From Candidatus Woesearchaeota archaeon (GTDB lineage Archaea > Nanobdellota > Nanobdellia > Woesearchaeales > GCA-2687795): a DNA stretch of 64,000 nucleotides. Position 1 is the stretch's first letter. Each line of letters starts with the position of its first letter. This document shows, in pieces, positions 9,608-19,717 of this stretch. The notes below the pieces were generated by a model that saw nothing but the letters and a program-made list of their open reading frames with translations, made no database searches and had not been told where the DNA came from. The stretch covers positions 10,362 to 74,361 of the forward strand of contig NZBG01000034.1 in NCBI GenBank assembly GCA_002687795.1, read 5' to 3'. The translations under genes were made by a program, and so were the position numbers.

Positions 9608-11188
9608 ATGAAGGCCAATAAAAAGATTGAGATTGCATTGATAGTTGCATTATACTTATTCTGTTTATATATATGGAGCCTTCCATTCCATGAAAACAGG
9701 CTTCCCTATGGCGAGGTTGATGCTGGCTCGCACTTTACAATAGCAGATTATACTGCAGGCACTGACAAGCCAATAACCAGGCTGCCGTATTTTATCGACA
9801 TGAGATATGGAAGGGATAATATTTTCACGCCGCATTATCTTTGGTATCATCCCCCTTATCATGTTAACTTCGCTGTTATGCAGATCATCGGAGGGGAGAG
9901 GGTTTTGCCTGTTTTTCTGTTTAATGCAATACTAAGCTCAGCAATTGTGCTTATTTCCTTCTTTGTTATAAGAAAATTATATGGCTTTTGGGCTGCTTTT
10001 CTTTCCTCGCTTCTACTTTCCTTCTCGCTGAGAGATATTTTTATATACCTCTGGGGGCAATGGCCGCAGCAGATTGCATACTTTTATACTCCTCTGATAT
10101 TATACACATTTTATAGGTACGCTTCCTCTTACCTGGATAAAAAGCCAAAGCCAGTATACATGTATATCCTCTCATTCCTTATGGCTGCAAACATGTTTAT
10201 GCATCCTGCCAGCTTCTTCCATACTGTGATTGCCTTGATATTATTCAGCCTTTTCCTATTTATAAAGGAAAAAAGGATTCCGTTTGCTCTAAAGCATTTT
10301 TTGGTGTTTGCTGTGCTGTTTCTGTTATTGATCAGCATATTTCCTTTCCAGACGGGAAATGTGGTCTTAAAGTCTGCAGGTGGGAAGGTTGGCGTTGGAA
10401 AAAAGGCTGAGATGAAAGGGGATTTCAGCAGACTGTTCCAATGGTTTGGCTACAGGGAATATTTCAGCCAGCCAGATTCCTATTTCACATACAAAGATAC
10501 CATTGGCTCATGGACAATAGGGTTTCTTATACTGGGTTCTATCTATCTCCTGATCAAGAGAAGAAGAAAAGACCTTCTCCTGCTAAGCTTCCTGGCAGGC
10601 ACATATATAATGATCCACCTTATCTTCTTTGGCTTTGGAAGGCCTGAACGCTCATTGGCTGCAACAGCGCATGTGTTCTTCCCTATCATTGCAATAGGAG
10701 TTCTAAGCATCCCAAAGCTGCTTAAGCAGTTTAAGATAAAAGCAGCCTATCTCAGCTATCTTAAGTATCTGCTTATATTCCTCTTTGTTTTCCTTGCATT
10801 TTATTCTAATTTTACCCCTGCCTATAACCTCCTGAAGGATTCTTATAAAGGAATAACAAGAATAACCCCTGCGCAATACAGGGTTACAGAATGGCTTCAG
10901 GAGAATATGCCTGCTGAAGGCAAAGGCATAAACCTTGGCACGCTCACCCAGCAAAAATCAAGATGGATGATGTGGCTTTCATGGAGGTATATAGGAGATG
11001 AAGGCAATCTTAACTTTATCAATTCCTCTTCATATTTCATAATGGATTACTCTGACCTTGCTCTGCTCTACCCTAATTACGGGGAAAGGGTTGAGCAGCT
11101 CAGGATTTTTGAGCAAAGCTATCTTATGAACGCTACTTTGCTTTATAACCAGAATAATATAAAGGTGTATAAGTTTGAAAATACATAA
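9608..11188 (+). CDS. Polytopic membrane protein with a C-terminal extracytoplasmic domain; GT-C-like glycosyltransferase candidate
   Basis: About 10 predicted TM helices followed by a soluble tail of about 150 aa. The architecture, and weak tail similarity to 12268..13755, are consistent with GT-C enzymes. Confidence 0.35.
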   Translation: MKANKKIEIALIVALYLFCLYIWSLPFHENRLPYGEVDAGSHFTIADYTAGTDKPITRLPYFIDMRYGRDNIFTPHYLWYHPPYHVNFAVMQIIGGERVLPVFLFNAILSSAIVLISFFVIRKLYGFWAAFLSSLLLSFSLRDIFIYLWGQWPQQIAYFYTPLILYTFYRYASSYLDKKPKPVYMYILSFLMAANMFMHPASFFHTVIALILFSLFLFIKEKRIPFALKHFLVFAVLFLLLISIFPFQTGNVVLKSAGGKVGVGKKAEMKGDFSRLFQWFGYREYFSQPDSYFTYKDTIGSWTIGFLILGSIYLLIKRRRKDLLLLSFLAGTYIMIHLIFFGFGRPERSLAATAHVFFPIIAIGVLSIPKLLKQFKIKAAYLSYLKYLLIFLFVFLAFYSNFTPAYNLLKDSYKGITRITPAQYRVTEWLQENMPAEGKGINLGTLTQQKSRWMMWLSWRYIGDEGNLNFINSSSYFIMDYSDLALLYPNYGERVEQLRIFEQSYLMNATLLYNQNNIKVYKFENT

Positions 11189-11513
11189 TAAAGAGCTAAT
11201 AATCGGACTTGCAGCAGCTGTGCTTATGTTTTTCCTGCTGTTGTTAGGCATACCAGGCATAAGAACCATACTTGGAGCTTTCTTATGCTTCTTCCTGCCG
11301 TTCTATCTTATAATTGATAATTTCGAGCTGGAAACTGGTGAAAAGATAATCTTTTCATTCTTCATAGGCGTAGTGTTCTTTTCAAGCCTTGTCTATTACC
11401 TGGGAATATTATTAGGCTCAGTAAGAATTGCAATTGTTGTAAGCTTTTTATTATTGACTGCCTTAGGAATCTTTATCAGGAAATTTATAAGGAGCTCTAA
11501 GCCAAGGGCTTAA
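11175..11513 (+). CDS. Small integral membrane protein
   Basis: 112 aa, 3-4 hydrophobic helices, overlaps the end of the upstream gene. Confidence 0.3.
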   Translation: MKIHNKELIIGLAAAVLMFFLLLLGIPGIRTILGAFLCFFLPFYLIIDNFELETGEKIIFSFFIGVVFFSSLVYYLGILLGSVRIAIVVSFLLLTALGIFIRKFIRSSKPRA

Positions 11514-11919
11514 TTTTCCCTCTTGCCCTCTTATCAATTCTCCTTTTTATCCAAAGTATCAGAGAGAATGCTCTGAGCCCAAGAATGTTGCATTTATACA
11601 TATATATTGTATCCATAATAATATGGATAATATAGCCAACAAAAAGCAGGCCAAGGCCTGGATATAGAGACAGCAGGAAAACAACAACAACAAACTCTAT
11701 TGTATGGAATAGTATAAGCACATCCTTGAAATCCAGCTTCTTATAATATTCCAATGCCTTCTTTAGGTTAAAGTCTTTAAACCTGAACATATACCATAAA
11801 TAATGATCAATATCAATAAGGAACCCTCCTATGAATATCAATAATGCCTGCTCTTTGTAAAAGGGGTATAGCAGCATAACAAGCGCTAAGGATACAATAA
11901 AATGCACTAGAAGCCTCAT
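11497..11919 (-). CDS. Small membrane protein, possibly a membrane-bound metal-dependent hydrolase (DUF457-like)
   Basis: 140 aa, multi-TM, with His-containing motifs (DIDHYLWY, HIIMD). Confidence 0.3.
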   Translation of the reverse strand: MRLLVHFIVSLALVMLLYPFYKEQALLIFIGGFLIDIDHYLWYMFRFKDFNLKKALEYYKKLDFKDVLILFHTIEFVVVVFLLSLYPGLGLLFVGYIIHIIMDTIYMYKCNILGLRAFSLILWIKRRIDKRARGKIKPLA

Positions 11920-12299
11920 TCTTTCTTGGCCTTCTTTATCTTCGTTATAACAATCATTAATCCTGCAGCCAGGAAAACCAGGGGAAGCAGGGAATGGTAT
12001 CTGATATCAATGCCTATTAAGCCCAAATGATAGCTTAATATCCCCACCAAAGCTGCTGACAAGGGAAAGCTCAATATTATCCTTTCTATGAACCTCAGCT
12101 TTTCATGCCAGTAGTAAAGCAGGGAAAAGCCCGGAACAAGGAATAACCAGAACAATCCAAACACAACCCTTAAGGTAGGCAGGAAATCTTCTTTATAAAA
12201 GAGCACTTTAAATACTGCAAATATAACCAAAAAAAGTATTCCAAGATAGGTCATTTCTTTCTTTAATTTAGCTAAAGCTTCGCTCTTCAATGCAATCAT
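11916..12299 (-). CDS. Small integral membrane protein
   Basis: 127 aa, 3-4 TM helices, 4-bp overlap with the downstream gene. Confidence 0.3.
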   Translation of the reverse strand: MIALKSEALAKLKKEMTYLGILFLVIFAVFKVLFYKEDFLPTLRVVFGLFWLFLVPGFSLLYYWHEKLRFIERIILSFPLSAALVGILSYHLGLIGIDIRYHSLLPLVFLAAGLMIVITKIKKAKKE

Positions 12300-13755
12300 C
12301 TCCTGGTTTGTTGTTTTTCAGTATAAATGCTATCTGGCTTTCATGTACTATCTCAATAAAATCCTTTTTCAATAGTTCGTTCATTATCAGGAAATTATAT
12401 TCCACAAGCACAGGCTCCCTGCTTGCCTTGTCAAACACATAATAATCCATAATGCATATATCCCTTGGCTTTGTCTTGGGTATAACCTCTTCAGTCCAGT
12501 GGCTCCCAAACTCAAAGAACGATTTTCTGTAAGGATAGCCTGCCCCGCTGTCGCCTGGGAGCTCTGCCTTATAGTACCTCCTTATGCTCCTGTTCTTTAA
12601 AGATTCAATAAAATCTCCTGGGTCAACAAGGAACTGGGTCCTGTGGGTATTCCTTAGCAAGGCATCCTGCCCATAGATATCCCCATAGAAAAAGTATACC
12701 TTTGCATCTTCTTCCGTGTTATACCTCAGCCATTGCAGCACATTCCAATGCAAATTATCCATCATTCCCGGTGTGGAAAGCTTTTGGTAATGGGGTATGA
12801 ATGGTACCTTTGCAAATGAAAACACCGATAGAAAGATTAAGGCAATGCCAATAGAAAACAAAAACCTTTTTTTGATGTTCTTAGCTAACAGGCTTATAAG
12901 CAGATAGATTCCATAACCCATAAAAACCGAAAGATACAAAGGCCATAATGTTCTTACTCTCCATGCATGCCTCTGGAACCCGTAATAGTTCCCTAAGCCT
13001 ATCAGAAACATAAACAATGATACATAAAGAGGAAATGCCCTTTTTTTGGGTGTTAATAGAAAATATGCAAGCCCTATGCCCATAAAGATAAGAATTATCC
13101 CAAAATTGTGCATAAAGTAGAGAGGTGTTGCTGCTCTGGTTGTCTGGAAAGAGAATTTATAGCCCTGTTGAACACCCCAGCCAAACTTGAATATCACCAG
13201 ATAGTAAGCTGATAATATAATGGAAAGTATTGCTGAGTAAGCTAATTTCCTGAATAAAGGGAAAGCCTTTCTTTTGAAAAGCATAACAGCAAAGTAAATA
13301 AAAATAAACATCAAGCCAAAAACAAGCTCAGAAGTATGGCTTATTGTGATGGCTGCTATAAATAATCCAAGCAAACTCCATGATTTGTTTAAATCCATGT
13401 TGTATAATGCCCAAAACAGGGATATAAGGAATAAATGCCCTAAATAGGTTGGCCAGTTGCCCCAGGTGATGCCTGCATAAGGTCCTATAATGCCTTCGGG
13501 GCTGGAAAAAACCAAAATGGACAGGGGTATTGAAAGTATTGCTATAGTCCTGCTAAATTTCCTTATTATAGTATAAAAAACCATAACAAATGCAATTATA
13601 ATAAGGAACACCATTAAATAAGCGCTGTCATAGGTTTCAAGTCCTGTCAGATAAGAAAAGATAGTGCCAAGATGATAGAAAACAGGCGGGTATTGGCCCA
13701 CAACATCCTTATAACCTGCAGAGTTATAAGAGGCTTCGTACCTGTAATTTCCCAT
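12268..13755 (-). CDS. Polytopic membrane protein with a C-terminal soluble domain; GT-C-like glycosyltransferase candidate
   Basis: About 11 TM helices and a soluble tail of about 170 aa. The tail resembles that of 9608..11188 (IMDYYVFD vs IMDYSDL). Confidence 0.35.
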   Translation of the reverse strand: MGNYRYEASYNSAGYKDVVGQYPPVFYHLGTIFSYLTGLETYDSAYLMVFLIIIAFVMVFYTIIRKFSRTIAILSIPLSILVFSSPEGIIGPYAGITWGNWPTYLGHLFLISLFWALYNMDLNKSWSLLGLFIAAITISHTSELVFGLMFIFIYFAVMLFKRKAFPLFRKLAYSAILSIILSAYYLVIFKFGWGVQQGYKFSFQTTRAATPLYFMHNFGIILIFMGIGLAYFLLTPKKRAFPLYVSLFMFLIGLGNYYGFQRHAWRVRTLWPLYLSVFMGYGIYLLISLLAKNIKKRFLFSIGIALIFLSVFSFAKVPFIPHYQKLSTPGMMDNLHWNVLQWLRYNTEEDAKVYFFYGDIYGQDALLRNTHRTQFLVDPGDFIESLKNRSIRRYYKAELPGDSGAGYPYRKSFFEFGSHWTEEVIPKTKPRDICIMDYYVFDKASREPVLVEYNFLIMNELLKKDFIEIVHESQIAFILKNNKPGDDCIEERSFS

Positions 13756-13957
13756 CTCCTTTATGCTTTCTGTTCTTGTCTGGTGCTGAAAGGCATCTGA
13801 AGCAAGATAGGCATAGGGAAAATCATGGCTAAGCTGATGGTCCCATAGGTTTGCGCAGCCTGCCAGAAGCAGGGCAGAAAAGATTACAATAAGGTATATG
13901 TTTTCTGCTGTGTCATTAATTTTTATTTAAACCACCTTTCTGTGCTTCTATTATGCT

Positions 13958-15457
13958 TTATTTCCTGCATAACGCTATATTCCATACTGTTGAGCTTTTA
14001 ATCTTCACTTTGCTAAAATGCCTCTTTAGTAACCTTCTTAACTGGCCTGTTGTCCAGTTCTGAACATGGCCGGGAGTGTTTCCCAAGTCGCTAAGATAGC
14101 TCAGCCTTAAAACATTTGCAATCCTCCATAAAGGCTCTCTGGGCACACTGACAACCAAATATTTGCTGGTCACCTTGCTTATCTCTTCCAGCGCTTTATC
14201 CGGATGCTCCAGATGCTCAAGAAGCTCAGCTGCAACCACGCAGTTAAAAGAGTTTTCCTTGAATGGAATATCATACACTGAACATAGCATATACGGAAAC
14301 TTAGGATACAAGGATTTTGCTTTCCTGACTATATCCTCTTCCAGATCTGTGGCAATGATTTCCGCGTTTGTATATTTGCTGATCTCGTTTGTGATATGCC
14401 CTTCCCCGCAGCCCAACTCAAGAATTCTCTTTGCTTCTGTTCTTTTTATAACGCTTCCAATGTCTTTATAGAACTTATTAATCAAAAGCTTTACAGCAGG
14501 ATTCTTGCTTCTGTGCTTATTATAATAATTGCCTGCAATGTTCTTATACACCCTTTTTTTGTCTGAATCTGTGATGTTTAAGAAAAAGCCTACAACCCCT
14601 GGAATCAGAGTGATTATTGCAAACACAAGTATTGAATAGGAAAAGCCATAAGAAGGTGCTGCATTATAAAACCCAAAAAGTCCTATACTAGCAGATTCCC
14701 TTATGCCCAGCCCTGATATGGTCAATGGGATGCTACCTATAAGGATAGCTATAGGATGAGCAAACATCAGCCTGTAGTTAAGCTCAGGGTTAAGAGATTT
14801 AATAATCAGCAATGCTACAACCAGGCTTGACAGGTAATACATTATTGCAAGAAAATAAGCTGTCAACAAAGAGCGGCTGTTCTGCATGATGGATTTCATG
14901 CTGTTATAATAATCTTCTTTGTACTTATCAGGGAGCTTAAGGATATCAGATAAGAAAGATATCAGCTTTCTGTTGTTTAAGAGAACCAGAACAGTTATCA
15001 GCATTATTACAAAAAGGACTATCATAGCAAAAACAATAGTCTGCCTAAAGAATATAATCATAAAAACCAGGCTTAAAGTCACAAGAGCAACTGCATCCAG
15101 TATTTTGTCCCATAAAATGGTTGGTATGGTTTTTGTAAAGTCTCTCTTTAGAAAATAGGCTCTTGCCAGCTCGCCAGCTTTGGCGGGAGTAAAAAAAGAA
15201 TAGAATATGCCAATAAGTATTATCTTAAACCTTCTTATAAAACTAACCTTTATATCCAGGGCACTAAGGAGAACTCCCCATTTTATAACCCTGAGAGAAT
15301 ATATAATAAAGATCAGGAATACTGCAACAGAAATCAGCATAAGATTTGTATTCTTAAAAGTATCAACGATCTTATCTAAATCTATTTTGAAAATAAGATA
15401 CAACAACAATAATATTGTTATAACTAATTTTATAATAAAGGTTCTCCGTTTAAACAT
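13958..15457 (-). CDS. Fusion protein with an N-terminal UPF0104/LPG-synthase-TM (flippase-like) membrane domain and a C-terminal class I SAM-dependent methyltransferase
   Basis: N-terminal multi-TM domain beginning MFKRRTFIIKLVITILLLLYLIFKIDLDKI. C-terminal ILELGCGEGHITNEI ... VVAAELLEHLEHP, which carries MTase motif I and the post-I region. Confidence 0.6.
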   Translation of the reverse strand: MFKRRTFIIKLVITILLLLYLIFKIDLDKIVDTFKNTNLMLISVAVFLIFIIYSLRVIKWGVLLSALDIKVSFIRRFKIILIGIFYSFFTPAKAGELARAYFLKRDFTKTIPTILWDKILDAVALVTLSLVFMIIFFRQTIVFAMIVLFVIMLITVLVLLNNRKLISFLSDILKLPDKYKEDYYNSMKSIMQNSRSLLTAYFLAIMYYLSSLVVALLIIKSLNPELNYRLMFAHPIAILIGSIPLTISGLGIRESASIGLFGFYNAAPSYGFSYSILVFAIITLIPGVVGFFLNITDSDKKRVYKNIAGNYYNKHRSKNPAVKLLINKFYKDIGSVIKRTEAKRILELGCGEGHITNEISKYTNAEIIATDLEEDIVRKAKSLYPKFPYMLCSVYDIPFKENSFNCVVAAELLEHLEHPDKALEEISKVTSKYLVVSVPREPLWRIANVLRLSYLSDLGNTPGHVQNWTTGQLRRLLKRHFSKVKIKSSTVWNIALCRK

Positions 15458-15839
15458 TTTTAATTAATCCAATCATGTTGTAAATAATAAACTTAAACAG
15501 AAATAAGATACTTATAGAGGTAATAGAACTCCATAAAGCCGAGATATAGAGCATATCAACAAAAACATACATGAACCCAACATTTAATGTTGATAAGAGT
15601 ACTGTGGTTAATGTGTATTTAAGGAATTGTTTATGCATTAGATCTATTGCCACATACATGTAAAATCTTGCTATAAATAATACTACCACAATAGAGGTAG
15701 AGCCTATGACTGTATTAATACTTATTACATCAATGAGCAGCCACATAAGGAAAACATTAATTGCTGACCATGCACCACCCACTATGGAATATTTCAAAAA
15801 GTTCAGTCCATGTTTCTTGTAGTTCAACATTTTTATCAA
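15450..15839 (-). CDS. GtrA-family small membrane protein (polyprenyl-P-sugar flippase-like)
   Basis: 129 aa, 4 TM helices, N-terminus KYSIVGGAWSAINVFLMWLLID typical of GtrA. It overlaps the YfhO-like gene upstream by 4 bp. Confidence 0.55.
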   Translation of the reverse strand: MIKMLNYKKHGLNFLKYSIVGGAWSAINVFLMWLLIDVISINTVIGSTSIVVVLFIARFYMYVAIDLMHKQFLKYTLTTVLLSTLNVGFMYVFVDMLYISALWSSITSISILFLFKFIIYNMIGLIKNV

Positions 15840-18175
15840 CTCTTCTTAATATGAAACCCCTTTGATACCTTGAACCCAAAATAAATAATAACGAACAATA
15901 AAGTGATTATGGTTATAGCAAAGCCTGTTCTATACGAGCCTGGCTTAAACTCAAAAGTTATATTTTCTTCATCCCCCTCTAAGTAAACAGCTGAGATTAC
16001 CCCGTCAACATTATAAATGTTTTTAATTTTTCCGCCTGATTTGGCAGTCCATCCAGGAAACATTGAATACTTTTCGCTGAGAACAAGAAACCCTTTAGTG
16101 CCCTTATGCCTGCCCAGCTTTACAGCCTTTTTTTCAAAGCTTTCCGGCATGATATTCTTATCATCTACCTTAAGCAGCTTATCTTTGCCAAGGGATATAA
16201 ACATAGCATCAACACTTTCCCCAGGTACAGTGTCCTCGCCTTCTGTTATATCAGGCAACAGCATTCCTCCTGACTTTTTGAACTGCTCTAATATATATGC
16301 AGAGTTCATGTCAACAGAGCCCTGCGTAAGCACCAGGGCATTAAACCTCTTAAGCTCCTGGATACCATAATCATTAACCCTTTCTTTTCCTCTCACTATT
16401 ATCGTTGACTCAGGATTAAAGTTTTTATTTAGCATAAGCGAGTAAATAACCTTTGTTGCAGATTCTTTCTCTCCGATAACAAGTATGCCATTATTAAGAA
16501 TAAAGGCTCTTGGCAGGTACTGTTTGTTTTCATAGAGGTAAGGCCCATAGGCTTTTTGTATCTTGTCTATCTCAGGAAAACAGATTTCGCATTCTTCATA
16601 CTTCCTCACAAATTCAAAACCTGACAGGTTTAATGGCTGCCTTGATGTAAGATATTTTTGGTTAAGTATGCCCCAGAACTTGGCTGGCTGCTCATTGGCA
16701 ACAGACAAATAAACATTAAGGTACTCAGGCAGCCACATGGTATCATAGCCATATATATTCTCCAGCCTTAATGGGACAGTAAAAAACTCTGTGCCATAAT
16801 CTATGCCTATTGTCTCATAGCTGTGTATCCTGAAGTTCTCGTCCCTGATCTCCTTGCTTATGTCCTGCAGGACATGGTTGCTGCTTAAAACCTGGTTCAC
16901 ATCCTGCATCTTGGTTGCCCTGTAAGGGCTGTAGCCAAACACCATCAGGTTGAGTATTACCAGGGCTGATATAATCCCAAACAATATATATTCAGCTTTT
17001 TTGCCTTGTTTTCTTTTTATATTGGCCAAAAGATAATGGGTGCCTATGCCAGCTAAAGCAGAGCCTCCAAAGACATATATTATCAGCGTTCTCGTCAGAT
17101 ACCTGAAGCTGCTAAACCCAGGCACATATCTCCATAGAAGATAGAAAAGAAAAGAGCCGCTTACAAGGAATAATGATATGATTATAATGGAGGTAAAAAA
17201 GAGGGTGTATCTGCTCTTTAAGCCTTTATACACCCCAAAGGCTGCCAGCAGGAAAGCTATTATTCCCAGGTGGTATGCTCCTCCGGGCTTCCTTGCCTCA
17301 AAAAAACCTTCCATTGGCTGGACTAATGAGCTGAAGAAATCCTTGGGCGCTATCTTTCTCCCTGAGGCAACCTCCCATGGCCTTCTTTCCTTGCCGCTCA
17401 TGTCAAGGAACTCTTTGCCTGGAAGAACCCTCTGCAATGATAAGCCCAGGAATATTATGCTAATAACAGCGCTGACCAGCATGGCTTTGACTATCTTCTT
17501 CTGGAGATTTTTTCCAATCAGATATACCAGGATATATACGCCAAATATAAAAACTGTCCATAGGGTTGCCTTTAGGTCAGGCCCCACTCTCAACTGGAGC
17601 CCAAGCAATATTGCTGTGATTATGGAATACTTGAGCCAGTCCTTTGACTTAAGGGTTTTTATCATGAACAAAATGACCAGGGGCATAAAAACATAGCCAT
17701 TAAGAGTATTCAGGTGCCCCATCTGGAACCTTCCTATCACCCAGCCGTTAAACATATACACAAGAGCGGAAATAAAGGCTGGCTTTGTTTTTTTTGTGAT
17801 ATACAAAATAAGGAAATACATAGCAACCCCCGAGAGGAATATGTCAAGCACATAGCTTAGTTTCACTGCATAGGAAGGCGAGCCTGTCAGCAGCAATATC
17901 ACTCCGGTTATGCTGTCAACCCCTATAATATGTTTAAATAAAAAGGGATGGCCAGCAAAAAAATAGGGGCTCCATAAAGGCCAGAAATCTTTATATTCAA
18001 ATATGGACTGCTTTAAGTTTTCCACCCTGGGCATATAGAACCCAACACCGTCTCCCCAGTAAAAATAATCCAGCCTGAGGAAGGACAGGAAAAAGAGCAC
18101 AGTCATTAAGAGCAGAATGCCTACTAAGAAAATGCTTTCTTTATTGCTTTTTATTCTGTTAAGTATTTTTTGCAT
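15836..18175 (-). CDS. YfhO-like GT-C membrane glycosyltransferase (paralogue A)
   Basis: 779 aa with many N-terminal TM helices, a large extracytoplasmic domain and a single C-terminal TM. It is clearly paralogous to 24032..26374 along its full length. Confidence 0.5.
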   Translation of the reverse strand: MQKILNRIKSNKESIFLVGILLLMTVLFFLSFLRLDYFYWGDGVGFYMPRVENLKQSIFEYKDFWPLWSPYFFAGHPFLFKHIIGVDSITGVILLLTGSPSYAVKLSYVLDIFLSGVAMYFLILYITKKTKPAFISALVYMFNGWVIGRFQMGHLNTLNGYVFMPLVILFMIKTLKSKDWLKYSIITAILLGLQLRVGPDLKATLWTVFIFGVYILVYLIGKNLQKKIVKAMLVSAVISIIFLGLSLQRVLPGKEFLDMSGKERRPWEVASGRKIAPKDFFSSLVQPMEGFFEARKPGGAYHLGIIAFLLAAFGVYKGLKSRYTLFFTSIIIISLFLVSGSFLFYLLWRYVPGFSSFRYLTRTLIIYVFGGSALAGIGTHYLLANIKRKQGKKAEYILFGIISALVILNLMVFGYSPYRATKMQDVNQVLSSNHVLQDISKEIRDENFRIHSYETIGIDYGTEFFTVPLRLENIYGYDTMWLPEYLNVYLSVANEQPAKFWGILNQKYLTSRQPLNLSGFEFVRKYEECEICFPEIDKIQKAYGPYLYENKQYLPRAFILNNGILVIGEKESATKVIYSLMLNKNFNPESTIIVRGKERVNDYGIQELKRFNALVLTQGSVDMNSAYILEQFKKSGGMLLPDITEGEDTVPGESVDAMFISLGKDKLLKVDDKNIMPESFEKKAVKLGRHKGTKGFLVLSEKYSMFPGWTAKSGGKIKNIYNVDGVISAVYLEGDEENITFEFKPGSYRTGFAITIITLLFVIIYFGFKVSKGFHIKKS

Positions 18176-18250
18176 TTTAAATGAAAAATATCATTATCAA
18201 CCTAAGGCTGAAATCATGTTTCGCTCAGGTCTGGCTTTGCCTTAGACAAC

Positions 18251-19666
18251 CTATTGTATTCTAAAAAATAATTTTAAACCACCAAACAGGTTTTTTAAAT
18301 CTCCTAAAGATCTTATTCCGCCTATCTTTCTTAGGATATACTTTGGCCTCAAATAATATTCCCTGTATGCTCTTTTCTGCCAGTAAAGCACTCTCTCAGC
18401 ATCAAGACCAGGCAGGTTCAGGACAGGAACATTGTCCTTGGAAACTAATGTAAAGTCCTTCCAGTCATAACCCTCTCTGAAATATCCTTTTTCCTTTGCT
18501 ATATTATAGAAATCAGTTCCGGGGTATGGGGACGCTACCAGGAAAGCTGTTGTATCAGCGTCGAGCTCCTTGGCCAGCCTGATCGACTGTCTTATTGTCT
18601 CTTCTGTCTCCCCTATATAGCCAAACATGAAATTAACCGCCACATCAATGCCAACCTTTTTCACGAGCTTTACAGCCTCCTTTGCCTGCTCCAGGTTAAC
18701 ATTTTTCCTCATAGCCCTTAGGATATCTTTAGAGCCGCTTTCAATCCCAAACATGATTTTCTTGCATCCCGCGGATTTCATTTCCCTAAGCACATCCTCA
18801 GGGACAAAGTCTGTCCTTGACATGCAGACCCAGGCTATATTCAGCTTCCTTTTCTTGATTTCTCTGCATATCTCGATTGTCCTTTCTTTTAATGTTGTGA
18901 ACAGCTCATCATGAAAATTGAATTCCCTTAGATTATATTTTTTCACGCATGTTTCAATCTCATCCACAAGGTTCTTCGGGCTTCTTGCCCTGTATCTTCT
19001 TTTCCATATCACATTGGGAATGCAGTAAGTGCAGTTGAAGGGGCAGCCTCTTGATGACACTATTGAAGTGCCATGAAATTCGCTTACCTTTTTTGTGGGG
19101 GGTGCTGCATAAAGATGCTGCGGCATCAGGTCCCTCGCCGGAAAAGGCAATATATCAAGGTTATTTATAAATTCCCTTGGCCTTGTTTTTATTATCCTGC
19201 CGTTGTCCATAAAGACTATGCCCGCAACCTCATGCAGGTCCTTCTTTTTATCCAAAGCCTCAACCAGCTCGTAAAAGGTTATCTCTCCCTCGCCAGCCAC
19301 TATGAAGTCTATGGGCTCTATCTTTATTGTTTCTTCCGGAAACACTGAAGGATGAGGCCCACCGACTATTATTATTATATCTTTGGAAATCTTATTCTTG
19401 ATTATATTTGCTATATCTATCACCTGCTGAAACGCAGGAGTGGGTGCGGTCATAGCTATAATATCAGGGTTGATTTTTCTGATTTCCTTTTCCACCATTT
19501 CATATGACAGCTCAAGCGCCTCTGCATCAAGTATCTTACAGGAATGACTCGATTTCTCCCTAAGATAGGCTGCCAGATAGCCAAGATTAATAGGAGCGGA
19601 CTTGCCGCCATGCCCTTCCAGCCCCCCGTATTCAGTAAACGGCGGGTTCAAAAACAATACATTCAT
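18251..19666 (-). CDS. B12-binding radical SAM enzyme (class B)
   Basis: N-terminal Rossmann-like B12 domain (MNVLFLNPP...IIAMTAPTP). The radical SAM cluster motif is SSRGCPFNCTYC. Confidence 0.8.
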   Translation of the reverse strand: MNVLFLNPPFTEYGGLEGHGGKSAPINLGYLAAYLREKSSHSCKILDAEALELSYEMVEKEIRKINPDIIAMTAPTPAFQQVIDIANIIKNKISKDIIIIVGGPHPSVFPEETIKIEPIDFIVAGEGEITFYELVEALDKKKDLHEVAGIVFMDNGRIIKTRPREFINNLDILPFPARDLMPQHLYAAPPTKKVSEFHGTSIVSSRGCPFNCTYCIPNVIWKRRYRARSPKNLVDEIETCVKKYNLREFNFHDELFTTLKERTIEICREIKKRKLNIAWVCMSRTDFVPEDVLREMKSAGCKKIMFGIESGSKDILRAMRKNVNLEQAKEAVKLVKKVGIDVAVNFMFGYIGETEETIRQSIRLAKELDADTTAFLVASPYPGTDFYNIAKEKGYFREGYDWKDFTLVSKDNVPVLNLPGLDAERVLYWQKRAYREYYLRPKYILRKIGGIRSLGDLKNLFGGLKLFFRIQ

Positions 19667-19717
19667 TTAATTTCCCCCTTGTGTTTTTCCTAGTTAAGCA
19701 GCAGGCTTTAGCCTATG

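Noticed and set aside
16017-17696. 117-aa and 172-aa plus-strand ORFs
   Set aside because: They are antisense to the YfhO-like gene and are shadow ORFs.
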